This document shows, one piece after another, positions 63,261-64,000 of a DNA stretch of 64,000 bases (position 1 is its first letter; each line of letters begins with the position of its first letter). Under the pieces are notes generated by a model, which saw only the letters and a list, made by a program, of their open reading frames with translations, was not told where the DNA came from and did no database searches. Both the position numbers and the translations under genes were made by a program. The DNA is from Lama glama. Lineage: Eukaryota. The DNA is taken from contig CM052818.1 of assembly GCA_028534125.1 (NCBI GenBank), positions 27,096,001 through 27,160,000 on the forward strand, read 5' to 3'.

Positions 63261-63689
63261 TAACACTTAGAGCTTCTTTTTTTTTTTTTCATTAGTTTAA
63301 TTTACTTTCTTGTGGTGAATAAGGCAGAATCAAATGTAAAGGTACTGAAAGCATATAAAGGGATACTCAAAGCGAAATGCAAACTGGAAAGCAATTATGT
63401 TTGTGGGGATGAAGAATTTTGAAATACATAATTCTGGTTGTACACCATTATGGATGGAGTTAATGTTAATGAATTAATTAATTTAAAATGATTAAAATGG
63501 AAAAAATGTGTTATACATGTTTACCACAATAAAAAAGACAGAGGGAGAAATTACCCCTTTAAAATAAGCAGTGAAATATCACTTTCTTTTCATCAGATTG
63601 GCAAGAATTATGAGTTAAGTATGGGGGGTGAACGGTGTGAAATATTATGTAGCAGCTAGAAGCAAAGAACCAGATATGGGATTTGAACA

Positions 63690-63900
63690 ATGATCCCCAG
63701 GCCAGATCACCTAGGTTTGACTGTTGGTTTTAGCACCTGCCATTTGGTAAGTCCCCTAACTTCTCTGTTTCTTAGTTTCTCCATCTGTAAAATGAGAAAA
63801 AAATAATAAAACCTGTCTCAAGAGTTGTGACAGAGGAATTAATATTTGTCAAGTTCTTGGGATCTTGCCTCATGTGAAGCAACTACTATATAAGTGTTTT
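63690..63900 (+). mobile_element. MIR SINE
   Basis: aacttctctgtttcttagtttctccatctgtaaaatgag core. Confidence 0.75.
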
Positions 63901-63927
63901 TTATAAAAAGAAAATGCATCAGCACTA

Positions 63928-64000
63928 CTATATTCATTTTCTATTGCTGTGTAAAAAATTAGCACAAATTTAGTGTCTTAAAACAGGACCCATTTATTAT
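63928..64000 (-). mobile_element. MLT1 LTR end (runs off window)
   Basis: ttttctattgctgtgtaaaaaattagcacaaatttagtgtcttaaaaca...catttattat. Confidence 0.65.

Noticed and set aside
1..64000. Most ORFs of 60-180 aa in the six-frame track as independent genes
   Set aside because: Many start at GTG/TTG, overlap on both strands, show no recognisable domains and fall in repeats or GC-rich intron. Only the parts matching VIT exons or L1 ORF2 are meaningful.
1..64000. CRISPR arrays, operons, rRNA, defence systems or another novel multi-gene system
   Set aside because: The sequence is mammalian intron/exon DNA; no regularly spaced repeats, rRNA-like segments or compact gene clusters are visible.

Overview
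Mammalian (eutherian) genomic DNA with no prokaryotic features. The window holds the 5' half of the vitrin gene (VIT; secreted LCCL + VWA extracellular-matrix protein) on the minus strand. It has a non-coding exon 1 (~61990-61702) and coding exons at 40900-40849, 30902-30837, 17779-17623, 15120-14987, 10265-10188 and 3360-3169. These splice in frame (52+66+157+134+78+192 = 679 nt) into signal peptide, LCCL domain and a Ser/Thr/Pro-rich linker; the VWA exons lie beyond position 1. The rest is intron filled with interspersed repeats (L1, L2, MIR, MLT1, MER21/31-like LTRs, MER5/20/53/63-like DNA transposons). tRNA-derived SINEs resembling the camelid Vic-1 family suggest a camelid genome. Repeat names come from recognising consensus sequences by eye and their boundaries are approximate. 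I see no evidence of a new multi-gene system. The most interesting signals are splicing features around exons 6-7: a GC donor, a read-through LCCL-only frame, and a recursive-splice-site motif at the start of exon 7. Also notable are uORFs and a compound microsatellite in exon 1, a SINE dimer, and sense-oriented L1 3' ends carrying polyA signals.
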